Sequence record: OR088902.1 | Strand: one strand, 5' to 3' | DNA length: 24,000 bases | Source: Serratia phage 92A1 | Shown here: positions 23,733-24,000 of the stretch, one piece after another | How positions within the stretch are numbered: position 1 is the first letter of the stretch | Layout: each line of letters begins with the position of its first letter | Translations under genes and position numbers: made by a program | The notes under the pieces: generated by a model | Told to the model about the DNA's origin: nothing | Databases searched by the model: none | Seen by the model: the letters and a program-made list of their open reading frames with translations, nothing else

Positions 23733-23954
23733 TTACATTTTAGCAATATCGCTGACAGTTTTTGTCACATCATTTAATGCTTTGGCAGTGATTTTACTAT
23801 CAACACCAGTGATAGCACTAGAAATAGCGCCCCAGGTAATGATCAAGACAGCTACAGCATAACCCACGCTTGCAAGCAACAAGAATACAAGACCAATAAC
23901 AATCTGAGTAATGAAGTTCTTAACATACTTACCAAAAGCTTTCAAATGTTTCAT
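23733..23954 (-). CDS. small predicted membrane protein
   Basis: ORF 23733..23966 with hydrophobic stretch 'FITQIVIGLVFLLLASVGYAVAVLIITWGAISSAI'. MKHLKAFGKY start at 23954 preferred. Confidence 0.6.
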   Translation of the reverse strand: MKHLKAFGKYVKNFITQIVIGLVFLLLASVGYAVAVLIITWGAISSAITGVDSKITAKALNDVTKTVSDIAKM

Positions 23955-24000
23955 ACACGTTTCCATTGTTTACCAATTGTAGAGTCGCCTGAAGGGCGGT

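Noticed and set aside
1-24000. CRISPR arrays, tRNA genes, toxin-antitoxin or anti-defence islands
   Set aside because: No regularly spaced repeats or cloverleaf-like tRNA sequences noticed while reading, and no recognisable toxin-antitoxin pair. tRNAscan-SE and repeat searches would be needed to exclude them formally.

Overview
This 24-kb window is an early/replication region of a T4-like (Tevenvirinae/Straboviridae-type) myovirus genome. Every credible gene is on the minus strand. Read right to left (direction of transcription) the order follows T4: [cassette in the 42/beta-gt position] - uvsX - 40 - 41 - small ORFs - 61 - small HTH-like ORF - 56-like dCTPase/dUTPase - small ORFs - ModA/ModB-position ADP-ribosyltransferase-like gene - HNH-like ORF - dda - dexA - small ORFs - mazG-like - 39(+60) topoisomerase - small ORFs - rIIA. 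The most interesting part is the translationally coupled block at 19010-22847. It encodes a P-loop deoxynucleotide-kinase-like protein, a glycosyltransferase-like protein, a divergent thymidylate-synthase/dCMP-hydroxymethylase-fold enzyme, a free-standing AroQ-type chorismate mutase, a small ORF and a U32-peptidase-family protein. U32 enzymes RlhA and TrhP/YegQ make 5-hydroxycytidine/5-hydroxyuridine in RNA and depend on prephenate, which is the product of chorismate mutase. I therefore propose that the block encodes a prephenate-dependent route to a 5-hydroxypyrimidine (most likely 5-hydroxy-deoxycytidine) that is then glycosylated in phage DNA, replacing or rerouting the classical T4 hmC pathway. 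I also report four spacing-identical early promoters (GTTTAC-N18-TANNAT), several UUCG-type terminators, two genes below the 60-aa ORF cutoff (one FmdB-like zinc ribbon) and an Alt/Mod-type ADP-ribosyltransferase. All assignments come from reading the sequence by hand; no database search was run.
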